Shown here: positions 52,326 to 62,533 of the stretch, one piece after another | Layout of the letters: the number at the start of each line of letters is the position of its first letter | Position numbering within the stretch: the first letter of the stretch is position 1 | Assembly: GCA_951813565.1 (NCBI GenBank) | Contig: OX638351.1 | Location: forward strand, 992,001-1,056,000 | Direction: 5' to 3' | Origin: an uncultured Poribacteria bacterium | Lineage (GTDB): Bacteria > Poribacteria > WGA-4E > WGA-3G | DNA: 64,000 nt | Notes under the pieces: generated by a model | What the model was told of the DNA's origin: nothing | The model's input: the letters and a program-made list of their open reading frames with translations, nothing else | Databases searched by the model: none | Position numbers and translations under genes: made by a program

Positions 52326-52853
52326 ATGAGAAAATCATTCAAAGTGCTAACATTAACTTTAATCATAAGCGGTTTACTGGTATCAGGTGTATTTATCACC
52401 AACATGATCCACGCAGCTACAAACGGTGGGGGTGGAACAGGTACTTTATCAGGACTCTGGGCAAATGTATATGTTGGAGGATTAACATACGAACCCTTCT
52501 TTGGATGGACGCAAAGTGACCATTCCTTTGATATAACGAACATGACAGACGATGCTGTGAGTTATACCTATGAGTTCCAACACGGTGTTTGGGAAATCCT
52601 GCAGAAAAACGCACAAGGCGAAGTCACCCTGTCAAGGTTCGTCAACACCAGTACACAATTTCTCACACGTACGGTTGGACCACCGACTTGGTACGACGAA
52701 TTAAATGGTACGCAGGGTGTAGACTGTAGTGGCGAAGATGAAGGTTTGTATTGGATCCAAGCTTATACGTCTGTCCAAGCTTCTATACTCGGTGGTAGTC
52801 TTGACGTTCGGGCAGACGAGGATACAGAATTTGTGATTTTTGAGGATGACTAA
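52326..52853 (+). CDS. Hypothetical secreted protein
   Basis: AAGGAG RBS; signal-peptide-like N-terminus; no recognised domain. Confidence 0.7.
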   Translation: MRKSFKVLTLTLIISGLLVSGVFITNMIHAATNGGGGTGTLSGLWANVYVGGLTYEPFFGWTQSDHSFDITNMTDDAVSYTYEFQHGVWEILQKNAQGEVTLSRFVNTSTQFLTRTVGPPTWYDELNGTQGVDCSGEDEGLYWIQAYTSVQASILGGSLDVRADEDTEFVIFEDD

Positions 52854-52872
52854 GAACTTCCTTTCAACCAGC

Positions 52873-52909
52873 TTTACAGGGATGACATATCAAGTGTCAT
52901 CTCTGTAAA
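52873..52909. terminator. Intergenic hairpin
   Basis: TTTACAGGGATGACA / TGTCATCTCTGTAAA. Confidence 0.5.
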
Positions 52910-52929
52910 ACACTTTAGGAGTTAAAACG

Positions 52930-53979
52930 ATGCAGTCAAGAAACACACTCTGGAAAATCACAATTTTCTTCCTGATGGTGTCAATCCTAATATTAACTGA
53001 CACCTCACACGCCATTATTGTTTTTAGAGATAGCCACTCCGGGCAAAGTGAAATCTACATTATGGACGATAATGGTAAGAACGTTCGACAACTCACCCAT
53101 ACACAGCTTTCAGAATACATGCCGAGCTTCTCTCCAGATGGCAGACACATTGTTTTTGTGCGAAACCTGGGACCGGTAGCAGAACCGCGTCAGTTACAGC
53201 AGCTTGATATTTTCATGATGGATGCAGATGGCAGCAATGAAAAACGTCTTACCTTTCACCCCAAAATTGATGTTGCACCTACATGGTCTCCTGATGGACA
53301 ACACATTGCGTTTGCCAGCACCAGAATTGGACATGGAGAAATTTATATCTTGGAAATTGCGAGTGGAAACATTAGGCAACTCACAAAAAACGAAGAGGGA
53401 AATGCCTACTCGTCTGCACCGAGCTGGTCTCCTGATGGACGGCATATTGTCCACGAACAGGTTATTGCAGGCGGTGGACGGCACATCTACATCACAGACA
53501 TAGATGGTAAGGACACCCATCCTTTCCTTAAAGGAGACCAGCTACACTTCGTGGGGGACACGGTAATATCAAAATATGCTCCGCGGTGGTCTCCTGATGG
53601 CAGATACGTTCTGTATTATGAATCTCATAAGAGATATGAAAATGCTCGCGTTGTTAGGCTTGCGAATCATCTTATTGTGGTCGACAAACACGGCGAAAAT
53701 CCAAAGAAGTTGAGAATTCCAAAAAGTTGGTGGTTACACTCAGCATCCTGGGCGTGGGGCGGCACTCACATTCTGCTTGCTGGTGAGAAGGATGGTTTTC
53801 AAAATGAAGGAAAGCGCAATTATGAAATCTACCTTTATCGTCTTTCTAATGGAAAGATAACGCAAATTACAAATACCCTCCACAAAGAATATGATCCGCA
53901 TTGGGTGCTCGGGACGCTCTCCGTTTCGCCGAAAGGTAAATTAGGTGTGCAGTGGGGAAAGATTAAAGAGGAAAAGTAA
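52930..53979 (+). CDS. TolB-like PD40 beta-propeller secreted protein with a conserved-looking C-terminal tail
   Basis: Four P.(F/W)SPDG repeats; ends LSVSPKGKLGVQWGKIKEEK. Confidence 0.88.
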   Translation: MQSRNTLWKITIFFLMVSILILTDTSHAIIVFRDSHSGQSEIYIMDDNGKNVRQLTHTQLSEYMPSFSPDGRHIVFVRNLGPVAEPRQLQQLDIFMMDADGSNEKRLTFHPKIDVAPTWSPDGQHIAFASTRIGHGEIYILEIASGNIRQLTKNEEGNAYSSAPSWSPDGRHIVHEQVIAGGGRHIYITDIDGKDTHPFLKGDQLHFVGDTVISKYAPRWSPDGRYVLYYESHKRYENARVVRLANHLIVVDKHGENPKKLRIPKSWWLHSASWAWGGTHILLAGEKDGFQNEGKRNYEIYLYRLSNGKITQITNTLHKEYDPHWVLGTLSVSPKGKLGVQWGKIKEEK

Positions 53980-54050
53980 ACGCAGTTTCTTCATTTATGC
54001 CCACTTTGTGGATGTTGCCTTACTTTTCCTCACTACATACATTTAGAATC

Positions 54051-54188
54051 ACCCTTACATTTTCATGAAGTTTAATAAATCGGTAATTTGGCGAGGTTAG
54101 GAAACCTCGCCAGCAGCGGAGTGCGCCTACCTTGCGCGGACAGAAAATTATCGAATCAAAAAATTAATTTTCATCTAAATGTAAGGGT
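54051..54188. mobile_element. Nested MITEs with a REP
   Basis: Outer ACCCTTACATTT/AAATGTAAGGGT; inner 54065-54174 resembles 31809-31996; REP at 54090-54111. Confidence 0.65.
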
Positions 54189-54385
54189 TTATTTTTCCCA
54201 GTATGTCTCCGCGAAATACCAGAAATAAAGTGAGTTCTGTTTTGTGTCCAAAAATTTCATCTCAAGAACTCTCCGACAAAATCTTCTGAAAGAAGCAATT
54301 TGTAAGTAATTCTATAAGCATGTACAACATCGCGTTACAATAAAGGACTTTTTACTTTTCAACGGCACATGTTATACTATTTATT

Positions 54386-55000
54386 ATGAGTATGTTTCGC
54401 GAACATTGGATCGGTGGATTGACTGCTTATAGCACCTTCTTCGTGGTTTCGCTTGCAGCAACAATCTCCGTTTCAATCTTTTACGGATTACCATTCGACT
54501 GGAATCCAACTATTTCGATGGACTCTCTCGGAATCCTTGGGTGTTTTGCCGTCGCTTTGCTATTCGGATTGTGGCCTGACGTAGATATTAAGAGCAGGAG
54601 CCAACAAATTTTTTATACCGTCCTGTTTGTGCTGAACGCTTCGCTTATCCTCTTTCTGCAAAGGTATTTAGAAGCAGCGCTTTTAGGATTATTTGCAATG
54701 CTCCCAATTCTTAGTAGGCATCGAGGATGGACACACTCAAAAATCACTATGATTCTGCTGCCAAGCCTGTTTCTGGTGATTCCGATCTATATAGAGTACC
54801 CGAATTGGGGAACGGGGTGGAAAGACCCTTCCGAATTTTTTGATTCGTTGGTAACGTGGGAGAGTCTTCCCGATACCTTGCGAAGTGGTCTTGCATTCTA
54901 TTTGGCTGGTTTGATTGGATATGCGTCACATCTCTATCTTGATGGTATTTTATTCCGTTCACGCAAAGCACAACAACGGAAAGCACGGACGAACCTATGA
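54386..55000 (+). CDS. Membrane metal-dependent hydrolase (YdjM-like)
   Basis: PDVD, HRGWTHS and GYASHLYLD motifs. Confidence 0.85.
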   Translation: MSMFREHWIGGLTAYSTFFVVSLAATISVSIFYGLPFDWNPTISMDSLGILGCFAVALLFGLWPDVDIKSRSQQIFYTVLFVLNASLILFLQRYLEAALLGLFAMLPILSRHRGWTHSKITMILLPSLFLVIPIYIEYPNWGTGWKDPSEFFDSLVTWESLPDTLRSGLAFYLAGLIGYASHLYLDGILFRSRKAQQRKARTNL

Positions 55001-56319
55001 ATAAGGCAACATTCAACACCAAAGAATTACGTGACAATCCTTTGATACAAGCACTTCACGTTTTTGCTAAAGAGAAAGGGGTTCAACTCTACCTTGTAGG
55101 CGGTAGTGTGCGGGACTTGTTGCTAAATCGACCAACGACAGATTTTGATTTTACGTTGGAATCGGGTACCATTGAATTTGCTAAAATGTTCGCTGACAGT
55201 ATCCGTGCTTCCTTCATTCCACTTGAGGAAGAACCGCCTACCGCACGTGTAATAGTTAAAACGCCACAATCTACACCGACAGAATTGAGTATAGATTTCG
55301 CACAATTTAGAGCCGCAACTCTTACCGATGATCTGCGTTTACGCGACCTCACAATCAACGCAATGGCAATTTCGCTTGAATCGGTGATGGAATCAAATCA
55401 TCCTGAAGTAATTGATCCATGTAACGGAAGAAACGATTTAACAATACGCCAACTCCGTTTTTCGAGTGAACAGGTTATACGCGATGATCCGCTCCGTCTA
55501 ATGCGAATTTATCGTTTCGCAGCACAGTTGGATTTTGAAATATCTCAAAAATCCGTTGAATTCGTTCAAAAGCATAAGCATCTATTGCCACGAGTTTCGA
55601 AAGAACGGCTTCGCGACGAATTTATGAAAATACTTAATGTTGAAAAAGCAACGCCCTATTTGCAGCAAATTCTTGAGATTGGTTTATTAGTCCACATTTT
55701 TCCGAACGTAAAACAGACGCCTACCTTATGGTACACGTTGGAAAACTATGCGGACAATCCGATTCCTGAACCTCTTTTTCCGTATAAGAATGAGATTAAC
55801 AAATATCTCAGTGAAGAATTAGGTTTGTATGCTAACCGTCGATCATTGATTAAACTCTGTCTACTTTTTCAGGGAAATCTTGAAGAAATCGGAAAGTCGC
55901 TTCGACTCAGTCGAAAAGCAGTGCAGTTTATGCAATGTCTTGTTACAGGACATCAACAAATTGTAGACAGAAAATTGACAAAGAAACAGATAATTGATTT
56001 TTTAAGAACTTCTACCTCCGATTGGTGGGGTGTACTTCTGTACTCTGCGGCGAAGCATCGGATGCCGTTAGAAGCACAAAGAAAAATTGTGGAAATCTAT
56101 TACGAACATTTTTTACCTATTCTCAAACAGGGACGCCTCATCACGGGGAGAGATCTGATTCAGAAGTATCATTTGAAGAAAGGGAAAGAAATTGGGATGC
56201 TGTTAAAGCAAATTGAGGAACGGCAATTTTACGGTGAGATTAGGACGCGCGCGGAAGCATTTGCTGCTGTGGAAGCATTAATTCTTAAGCAGGGTAAATC
56301 TTATAGGTGTCAATTTTAA
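54997..56319 (+). CDS. Class II tRNA nucleotidyltransferase (probably CC-adding)
   Basis: GGSVRD, DFD, RDLTINAMA, DDPLR and ERLRDE motifs; flexible loop absent. Confidence 0.88.
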   Translation: MNKATFNTKELRDNPLIQALHVFAKEKGVQLYLVGGSVRDLLLNRPTTDFDFTLESGTIEFAKMFADSIRASFIPLEEEPPTARVIVKTPQSTPTELSIDFAQFRAATLTDDLRLRDLTINAMAISLESVMESNHPEVIDPCNGRNDLTIRQLRFSSEQVIRDDPLRLMRIYRFAAQLDFEISQKSVEFVQKHKHLLPRVSKERLRDEFMKILNVEKATPYLQQILEIGLLVHIFPNVKQTPTLWYTLENYADNPIPEPLFPYKNEINKYLSEELGLYANRRSLIKLCLLFQGNLEEIGKSLRLSRKAVQFMQCLVTGHQQIVDRKLTKKQIIDFLRTSTSDWWGVLLYSAAKHRMPLEAQRKIVEIYYEHFLPILKQGRLITGRDLIQKYHLKKGKEIGMLLKQIEERQFYGEIRTRAEAFAAVEALILKQGKSYRCQF

Positions 56320-56462
56320 GGATAGATGCTCTTGTAGGAGGGCTTTGTCCGCCCGATTTCTGATTTGTCGGCGTTGAAAACGCCTTGCACAAGAAAAACC
56401 GAATTCAGAAACCTATCTGTTTTTAGGTGTTGAACCTAATTTACACGCTAAATTGACACCTA
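56304..56462. mobile_element. MITE family A filling the gap between two convergent genes
   Basis: Perfect 13-bp IR TAGGTGTCAATTT/AAATTGACACCTA. Confidence 0.75.
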
Positions 56463-57221
56463 ATGCAAATCCCTATAATCTGGTTGACGTCTACGCAGAA
56501 ATTTCGGAATGAGAGAAACCAGAACGATAAGGACGCCTGCAATAGATAGATAAACTAAGGTTTTATCCAAATTGCCTTCCCCACTGACAAGCGCACCACC
56601 GATTTGAACGTACGCTATAGTCCCAGGTAACATAAAAATTGCTGAAACGAGCGCGTATGTGGAAAACTTAATTTTGGTCAAACCGTAAGCATAGTTTTGT
56701 AAATTAAAGGGGAAGATCGGGACTAACCGCGTGAACATAAGAATGCGCCAACCTTCTTGTTCCACTTTTTCATCAATTTTTTGGAATTGCGCGTTCCCCG
56801 AAACCCAACTTTCAACAAGTTCGCGTGCAACATAACGTGCAGTAAGAAAGGCAAGGGAAACACCAATAATTGCCCCAACCCAAACATAAACAACACCCCA
56901 CACTGGACCGAAGGCAATACCTGAAAGCACTGTAATTGGCAATCCTGGAAAAAAGAAAAGTGTCGCAACAATGTAAAAACCGATATAGATTAACGGCGCG
57001 ATGATGCCGAAACCCGAAACCCATTCTTTGATTTTGTAGACGTTCTTAAGGTCAATGTACTCTATTACGCCGTAATGCTTTAATAAAATATAGATCGCAG
57101 CCATAACACTGATAGCCGTGATCAGTTTAATTGCCTTGCTTGTGATACTCACTACGGCTAAAGCCGTGTGCTTCTTTGAAACACACAACTCTCCTATGTG
57201 ATTCCTGCTTCCGTCTCTCAT
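56460..57221 (-). CDS. TVP38/TMEM64 (DedA/VTT-domain) membrane protein
   Basis: PGLPITVLSGIAFG and RLVPIFPFNLQNYAYGLT motifs. Confidence 0.9.
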   Translation of the reverse strand: MRDGSRNHIGELCVSKKHTALAVVSITSKAIKLITAISVMAAIYILLKHYGVIEYIDLKNVYKIKEWVSGFGIIAPLIYIGFYIVATLFFFPGLPITVLSGIAFGPVWGVVYVWVGAIIGVSLAFLTARYVARELVESWVSGNAQFQKIDEKVEQEGWRILMFTRLVPIFPFNLQNYAYGLTKIKFSTYALVSAIFMLPGTIAYVQIGGALVSGEGNLDKTLVYLSIAGVLIVLVSLIPKFLRRRQPDYRDLH

Positions 57222-57248
57222 GCCCTATCCTGAACTGAATGAGGTCTT

Positions 57249-57339
57249 ATACCAAATTAACGAGAATTGCATTGTTTTCATTGCCGATGGTAAGGGCGGG
57301 CACAGAGACCCGCCCCTACGATTTAGGGTAATTTGGTAT
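57249..57339. mobile_element. MITE (ATACCAAATTA ends) carrying a REP
   Basis: Perfect 11-bp IR; REP GGGCGGGCACAGAGACCCGCCCCTAC at 57294-57319. Confidence 0.7.
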
Positions 57340-57372
57340 TATTTGGACTCCACAGGCGTTTATTCTCTCTGT

Positions 57373-57830
57373 CTATCCGACAGCGAGGTGTTTAAGGTTT
57401 ATTGCAGCGTTGACATCTCTATCTATTTGATATTGGCAGACACTGCAATGATACGTTCTTTCTGATAGTGTTAGTTCTTTTTTCTTGTGTCCACAACTTG
57501 AACAGGTTTTGCTACTTGCAAAGAAGTGCGATGCTTCTTTGACAGGTATCCCACGGGCATCTGCTTTTGTCTTGAGTTTATGGAGAAACCCACTGAATGC
57601 ACTATCCGATAACGCTTTGCTAACTTTCTATTTTTTAGCATGTTCGTCACCTTGAGTGTCTCAATGCCGATAGCAGATACGCGATCGACAATATCAGTCG
57701 TTGCTTTGTGGTGCGCATCGTTTCGGATACAAGCAATACGATAGTGGATACGTTGGACCTTGTGTTTTTGCTTGAACCAGTTATTAGACTTAAACACTTT
57801 TCTACTCAACTTGCGTTGTTCTCGTTTAAC
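57373..57830 (-). pseudogene. tnpB: IS200/IS605 TnpB remnant (C-terminal half, frameshifted)
   Basis: HKATT..IETLKVTNMLKN, then in another frame SSKTCSSCG..YHCSVC..DRDVNAAINL. Confidence 0.85.
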
Positions 57831-58108
57831 CTACATTCCGCACTTCGAATTTCCGATTTTCGATATTTATTTCTCAAACCTGCGTGGCACCTACATCGAG
57901 CAAGCAATTTCAGGTGAATTAGAGAAAAAGAAAAGTGACAAGTGGAATCTTAATTCACGGCACCAAATCTCTATTATCCGGTACGGATCCTTTCGTGACA
58001 CGGGTTTGTCCTATAAATATTAAATTCTGATTAAACAACTGCGGAATGTGGGATACATGTAAATGTCAAGCGTTTTTGGACCCAAGCATAAATGCTTGGG
58101 ATTGTCAG

Positions 58109-59581
58109 TTAATTCCCTTCAATGATTTGGGTAATTGCCTCCAAATACGCTTTAATCTGTGATCGATATCGTGCTGGAATTCTATCGTTCTCAATAGCTT
58201 GAGCATATTCACGTTGAGCATTAAGGACCACATCGCTAAACGACATATAGTCTGGTTCAGTTCCTGCATTTCTCGCTTTTCCAGTGAAAACCTTTGTAAT
58301 ACTTTTCGTATCTGATACAGTCTCTGAATTCAATTTTAACGCATTTCCTGCAATTTCCAAAGATGGTGTTTCATCGCCTGTAAGCGGTTTTTCGGTAGCG
58401 TTTTCATCAACAGAAGGTGTTGTATCATTGCCAGTGGGTGTAAAATCGGAAGGTCCGCCAGTTTCTTGTGTGCCTTGTGTTTCTTGGCTTCCGGATTCTC
58501 GACCTGGTGCACCGTCACTACTGGCAATTCCACCATTAGGTTGATCGGTTTCAATACCTGCCAAGGCAATATCTTTTCTGCTCTCTGTTATTTGTGCTTC
58601 AAGTTGACTGAGCTGATCAACTTGGCGGAGCGCATCAACAATTTCTTGCAATGTGTCCGGAGAAACTGTCTTTCCCTGAACTTGATCTAATGCGCGACTT
58701 AGTTCCCCTTGCGGAACGTTCTCTGCCAATTTAGTGAAGAGTTTTGCAAGTTCATCGCGAAGTTCAGGTGTAAGTTCCGCTTGTGCCGCAAGGCGTTCAA
58801 GTTCGTCTGTGAGAGCAGTAGTATTCATGCCCTTGAAGTCCTGCGTTGCTTGTGTTGCCTGCGCGATCGCCGACTCATCTGGAAATTCCAATTTTTGTTG
58901 TTGGAGCTTACTATTTAAAGTACGCAAACGTTCTTGGGCAGACGCAACATCTTTTACATTTTTCAGTTGTTTTATTGTTTTTCTGATTTCGTCTTGGACT
59001 ATCGGGTTTTGAATATTCTCAATACCATCCGAAAGGTCTCTAATTGCCGTTTCAATTGCTTCGTGTTCAGCGGTTGTAGGGGGCTGTGGTAGGTCATATT
59101 GGCGAGGCACAGCAAAAGAGAAGCCGATGATTAACAGGGGAATTGACACCCATTTCAGTAGTCGTGGTAGAGCATACGGCATTATCTTCGCCGAATCTGC
59201 GTCTTCAACACCTTTTGCAGAATCAAGAATCTGCAGTTGCGCTATCTCATCTTGTCGGTTTTCCTGTATCAATTCTAATGATGTGCTAACGCGTTCCTTA
59301 AGTTGTAGATTTTCATCAACATAACCCGCAATATCAGATAGCGTTGGACGATGCCTGAAACCAAAACCGATACCGAAACCACCTGCTCCGAAAATTACTA
59401 AAAGTGTGACAAGTGTTATAGAAAAAGGAAAAAGAACGAGGCGAATTCCGATGAACAACACAGCAAGAACGCACATCGCAAAAAAGATGGCTTGTGTAAC
59501 TGTCTTAAAAGTTTTTTGTAAGCGTGATCGGATTCGAAGGGTTTTTAGGCAATTTGTGATCACATTTCTTGGGCTTTCCAT
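58109..59581 (-). CDS. Hypothetical membrane protein with coiled coil and a low-complexity C-terminus
   Basis: Three TM segments, LKERVSTSLE motif, ends IPARYRSQIKAYL. Confidence 0.75.
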   Translation of the reverse strand: MESPRNVITNCLKTLRIRSRLQKTFKTVTQAIFFAMCVLAVLFIGIRLVLFPFSITLVTLLVIFGAGGFGIGFGFRHRPTLSDIAGYVDENLQLKERVSTSLELIQENRQDEIAQLQILDSAKGVEDADSAKIMPYALPRLLKWVSIPLLIIGFSFAVPRQYDLPQPPTTAEHEAIETAIRDLSDGIENIQNPIVQDEIRKTIKQLKNVKDVASAQERLRTLNSKLQQQKLEFPDESAIAQATQATQDFKGMNTTALTDELERLAAQAELTPELRDELAKLFTKLAENVPQGELSRALDQVQGKTVSPDTLQEIVDALRQVDQLSQLEAQITESRKDIALAGIETDQPNGGIASSDGAPGRESGSQETQGTQETGGPSDFTPTGNDTTPSVDENATEKPLTGDETPSLEIAGNALKLNSETVSDTKSITKVFTGKARNAGTEPDYMSFSDVVLNAQREYAQAIENDRIPARYRSQIKAYLEAITQIIEGN

Positions 59582-60591
59582 TTCATCTTCTCCGTAGCGG
59601 CAAATACCATCTGAGGTTTAATAGCATTCAGATTTTGGTGTGCAACATCGGCATGTTCGTCCCACTCTTTAGGCGATAAGGTTTGCATCAACTTGCAGCC
59701 TTCCCGTGCGATCACAGTATGTTTGTCCCAAGGTGGTCCCCATTGAGTCGGATTTGACCCACCAAACAGAGCAATCGTCGGGGTTTTCACTGCTGTGCTC
59801 AGATGCATCGGTCCTGTATCGTTACTGATGTAGAGACGACATCGTTGTAGAAGTGCAGCAAGTTGCATCGGAGTTATATTGTTGGCAATAACTGGTGAAT
59901 ACGTCATTTGGTTTGCCACCTGATGCGCAAGTTTGCCCTCTTGTGGTCCTGCTGTTATGATGATATGTGCACCATAGACTTCGTGGAGCATGTCTCCAAG
60001 AACAGCAAAGTTTACTGCAGACCACCGGCGGTAAGACGTCGCAGCACCAGGATTCAAACCGATGATAGGTTTACCGTCATTCAGGTTGCGGTTTTCAAGG
60101 AAATCTTTGCTCCATGCCTTGCCTGCGTCATCTACAAACACCTCTGGCTCATCATCTACAACTTCAATACCCATTGCACGAACGACATCAAGATAACGTT
60201 GCGTTTCGTGCTGTTTGGTGTGATTCGGCACAGCAACATGCAAAAGCCTTTTTCTACCGGTATTGGTTTCAAAACCAACACGGAACGGAATTTTGGCAAG
60301 AAATGTGTGAAGCACTAACCGAAAAGTCGGTTGTAAAACTACTGCCATCTGAAATTTTCGCTGAACAAGTTGATAGATTAGTTTCGGCACTGAAGACTGA
60401 TAAGTCAACACCTCATTTAGATGCGGGTTTGCGGATACTAAATCCTCTCGTGTCGGTGCTACCATGTAAGCGATGTGGGCATCTTGGAAGTGTTGCCGTA
60501 ATGCACGGATGACAGGTGTTGTTAAAACCGTTTCTCCCAGCGGCGCAAGTCTAATAATCAAGATGCGGTTGATTTGCTCAGGGGCAAACAT
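59560..60591 (-). CDS. GT9 glycosyltransferase (heptosyltransferase-like)
   Basis: LGETVLTTP and NDTGPMHL..PTIALFG motifs. Confidence 0.88.
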   Translation of the reverse strand: MFAPEQINRILIIRLAPLGETVLTTPVIRALRQHFQDAHIAYMVAPTREDLVSANPHLNEVLTYQSSVPKLIYQLVQRKFQMAVVLQPTFRLVLHTFLAKIPFRVGFETNTGRKRLLHVAVPNHTKQHETQRYLDVVRAMGIEVVDDEPEVFVDDAGKAWSKDFLENRNLNDGKPIIGLNPGAATSYRRWSAVNFAVLGDMLHEVYGAHIIITAGPQEGKLAHQVANQMTYSPVIANNITPMQLAALLQRCRLYISNDTGPMHLSTAVKTPTIALFGGSNPTQWGPPWDKHTVIAREGCKLMQTLSPKEWDEHADVAHQNLNAIKPQMVFAATEKMKWKAQEM

Positions 60592-60670
60592 TTGGAATTG
60601 CTTTCATTTCCATCAATTGCTAATTTCTTATTCTTACGGTATAATACCTCAAAACGAATAGGGTGTCAAG

Positions 60671-61396
60671 GTGAAATCAAATCTTCAAACGTTAAAAGAA
60701 AGATATTTACAAGGTTGGGAAAGGCAAACAACGGTAATTTTACTTGCTTCTGCCGTGCTGCTAACGTTGCATAGGAAATATAGCCGGACAGGGATTTTTC
60801 GCACACATTTAGCAGGGTATTTTGATAATCTGCCGTTGGTAGAAAGCCACCCTTACTATTACTGGTTTCTGTCAACAGCACTCACACTTTTTCTGATCCC
60901 TGTCATCGTTGCGATATTCGGGACGAAGCAGAGACTAACCGATTACGGAATTCGTTTAGGTAAGCAGAAAGTCGGCTGGATCGTTACTTTGGCGGCATGG
61001 ATTTTGATGATACCTCTGGTTATCATGGCAGTCAAAGTGTATCCGTCTTTCGTTGATAAGTATCCGTTTTGCAAGGCAGTCGCCAGTAGTTGGTTGGCGT
61101 TTTTACCCTATCAACTTGCCTACGGTGTTTACATGTTTTCGTGGGAATTCTTCTTCCGTGGGTTTATGCTCTTTGGGTTGGAGAAAAGATTTGGAAACTA
61201 TAGTATCTTAATACAGACTATTCCGTTCGCAGTGATGCATTTTTCCAAACCGTTGCCAGAAGCACTTGGTTCAATCATTGCTGGTTTATTGCTTGGTGTG
61301 CTTGCTTTGGAAACTCGCTCTTTTGTCTATGGTGCGGCGATTCATTGGCTTGTCGCTATTACAATGGATACAGTTTGTGTCATCATTTCACACTGA
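60671..61396 (+). CDS. CPBP/Abi intramembrane protease
   Basis: WEFFFRG, FAVMH, AIH motifs; multiple TMs. Confidence 0.85.
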   Translation: MKSNLQTLKERYLQGWERQTTVILLASAVLLTLHRKYSRTGIFRTHLAGYFDNLPLVESHPYYYWFLSTALTLFLIPVIVAIFGTKQRLTDYGIRLGKQKVGWIVTLAAWILMIPLVIMAVKVYPSFVDKYPFCKAVASSWLAFLPYQLAYGVYMFSWEFFFRGFMLFGLEKRFGNYSILIQTIPFAVMHFSKPLPEALGSIIAGLLLGVLALETRSFVYGAAIHWLVAITMDTVCVIISH

Positions 61397-61400
61397 TGAA

Positions 61401-62452
61401 CAGGGTTATTCAGTTTTATGAATTTTCATTTTATAAGGTTAACTGCGAGTTTAGGTTTTGAAGCGAGATATTTGATTGTATCAGAGATAGTGTATACCCT
61501 GCAAATCGTCCTACCGATAATGCTGTATTACGCATTGCTGCCATGACTTGTGGTATAGCACCGCATCGGACAGGAGAGGCATCTTCTCCAAGTACCGTCC
61601 CCCGCATCCAGTGCGACTTGTTCTCTTCTCTATTGACCAATGTCCACGCCGTCCAGTCAGTAAGCGTTCGGCAGATGCTGCTTCGGGTTTAGACTTGTTA
61701 TACCATAGTGAACTTTGTGTGTTTCTTCTTTTGTGTTCAGACTTTTGTCCGTCCAATGATATTGGATCACTTGTGCTATCCCTGGCCAGTCCAGATACGC
61801 ATTGAGACTTGTGCTTGCTTTGGGACACCTTGTCTCAAGTCTACCCTGTGATTTTTCAACTGTCTCGTAAATGTGGATCGGTTTTCCTAAAACAGGGTGT
61901 GTTGTCTCCTCAGAAAGTGTGTCAGGAACGTCTTGAAAAAGTTTCTCAATCGCATCTAAAAGGTCAGGTTGGTTGTCTTTGACAGGGAGCACATAGTCGC
62001 CTTCACGCTCTATGATGGCGTGGCAGAAAGTTCGCTGTGTCAAATTCTTAGAGTTTCTTCTAATGCCTCAACATCTAACTTTTTCAATAGATTATGGATA
62101 GTTGCAGCACAAGGTGTTATCTTCTTTGTGAAACCGAGTGCTTTTGCGAGTGCTGGTTGTGAGCGTGCCCAAGTAGCGATTGATGTCCACCCTTTATGTC
62201 CGCACATCAATCCGATGACGACAAGTGCGAGGGTTGATGTCAGCGGATGTCGTTTCCCTTTATTCTTGCGTGGGTCTTCAAGTTTTGCTAACATATCTAT
62301 CAAGTGGCAAGATTTTCTTCTTGTCATTATTCACCTCAAAATAGGTCGTTTTAAGGTGAACTATAGCAGATATGGTGTAAAAAAACACGCTATATCTGCT
62401 TTTCATAAAAAATAAACACTTATGAAAAAATTTCGAAAACTGAATAACCCTG
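61401..62452 (-). mobile_element. ISAs1-family element, internally deleted and frameshifted
   Basis: Perfect 17-bp TIR CAGGGTTATTCAGTTTT; fragments DPRK..KRHPL, DYVLPVKDNQP and RGHWSIE. Confidence 0.9.
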
Positions 62453-62469
62453 GGTTTGCTCAAAAACAT

Positions 62470-62498
62470 TTGAAATTATCTGATTTGTATAGTATAAT
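62470..62498 (+). promoter_or_regulatory. sigma70 promoter
   Basis: TTGAAA-17 bp-TATAAT upstream of 62534. Confidence 0.6.
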
Positions 62499-62533
62499 AT
62501 ATTTTTAAACACAGTACCAATAGGTCTGGATTC

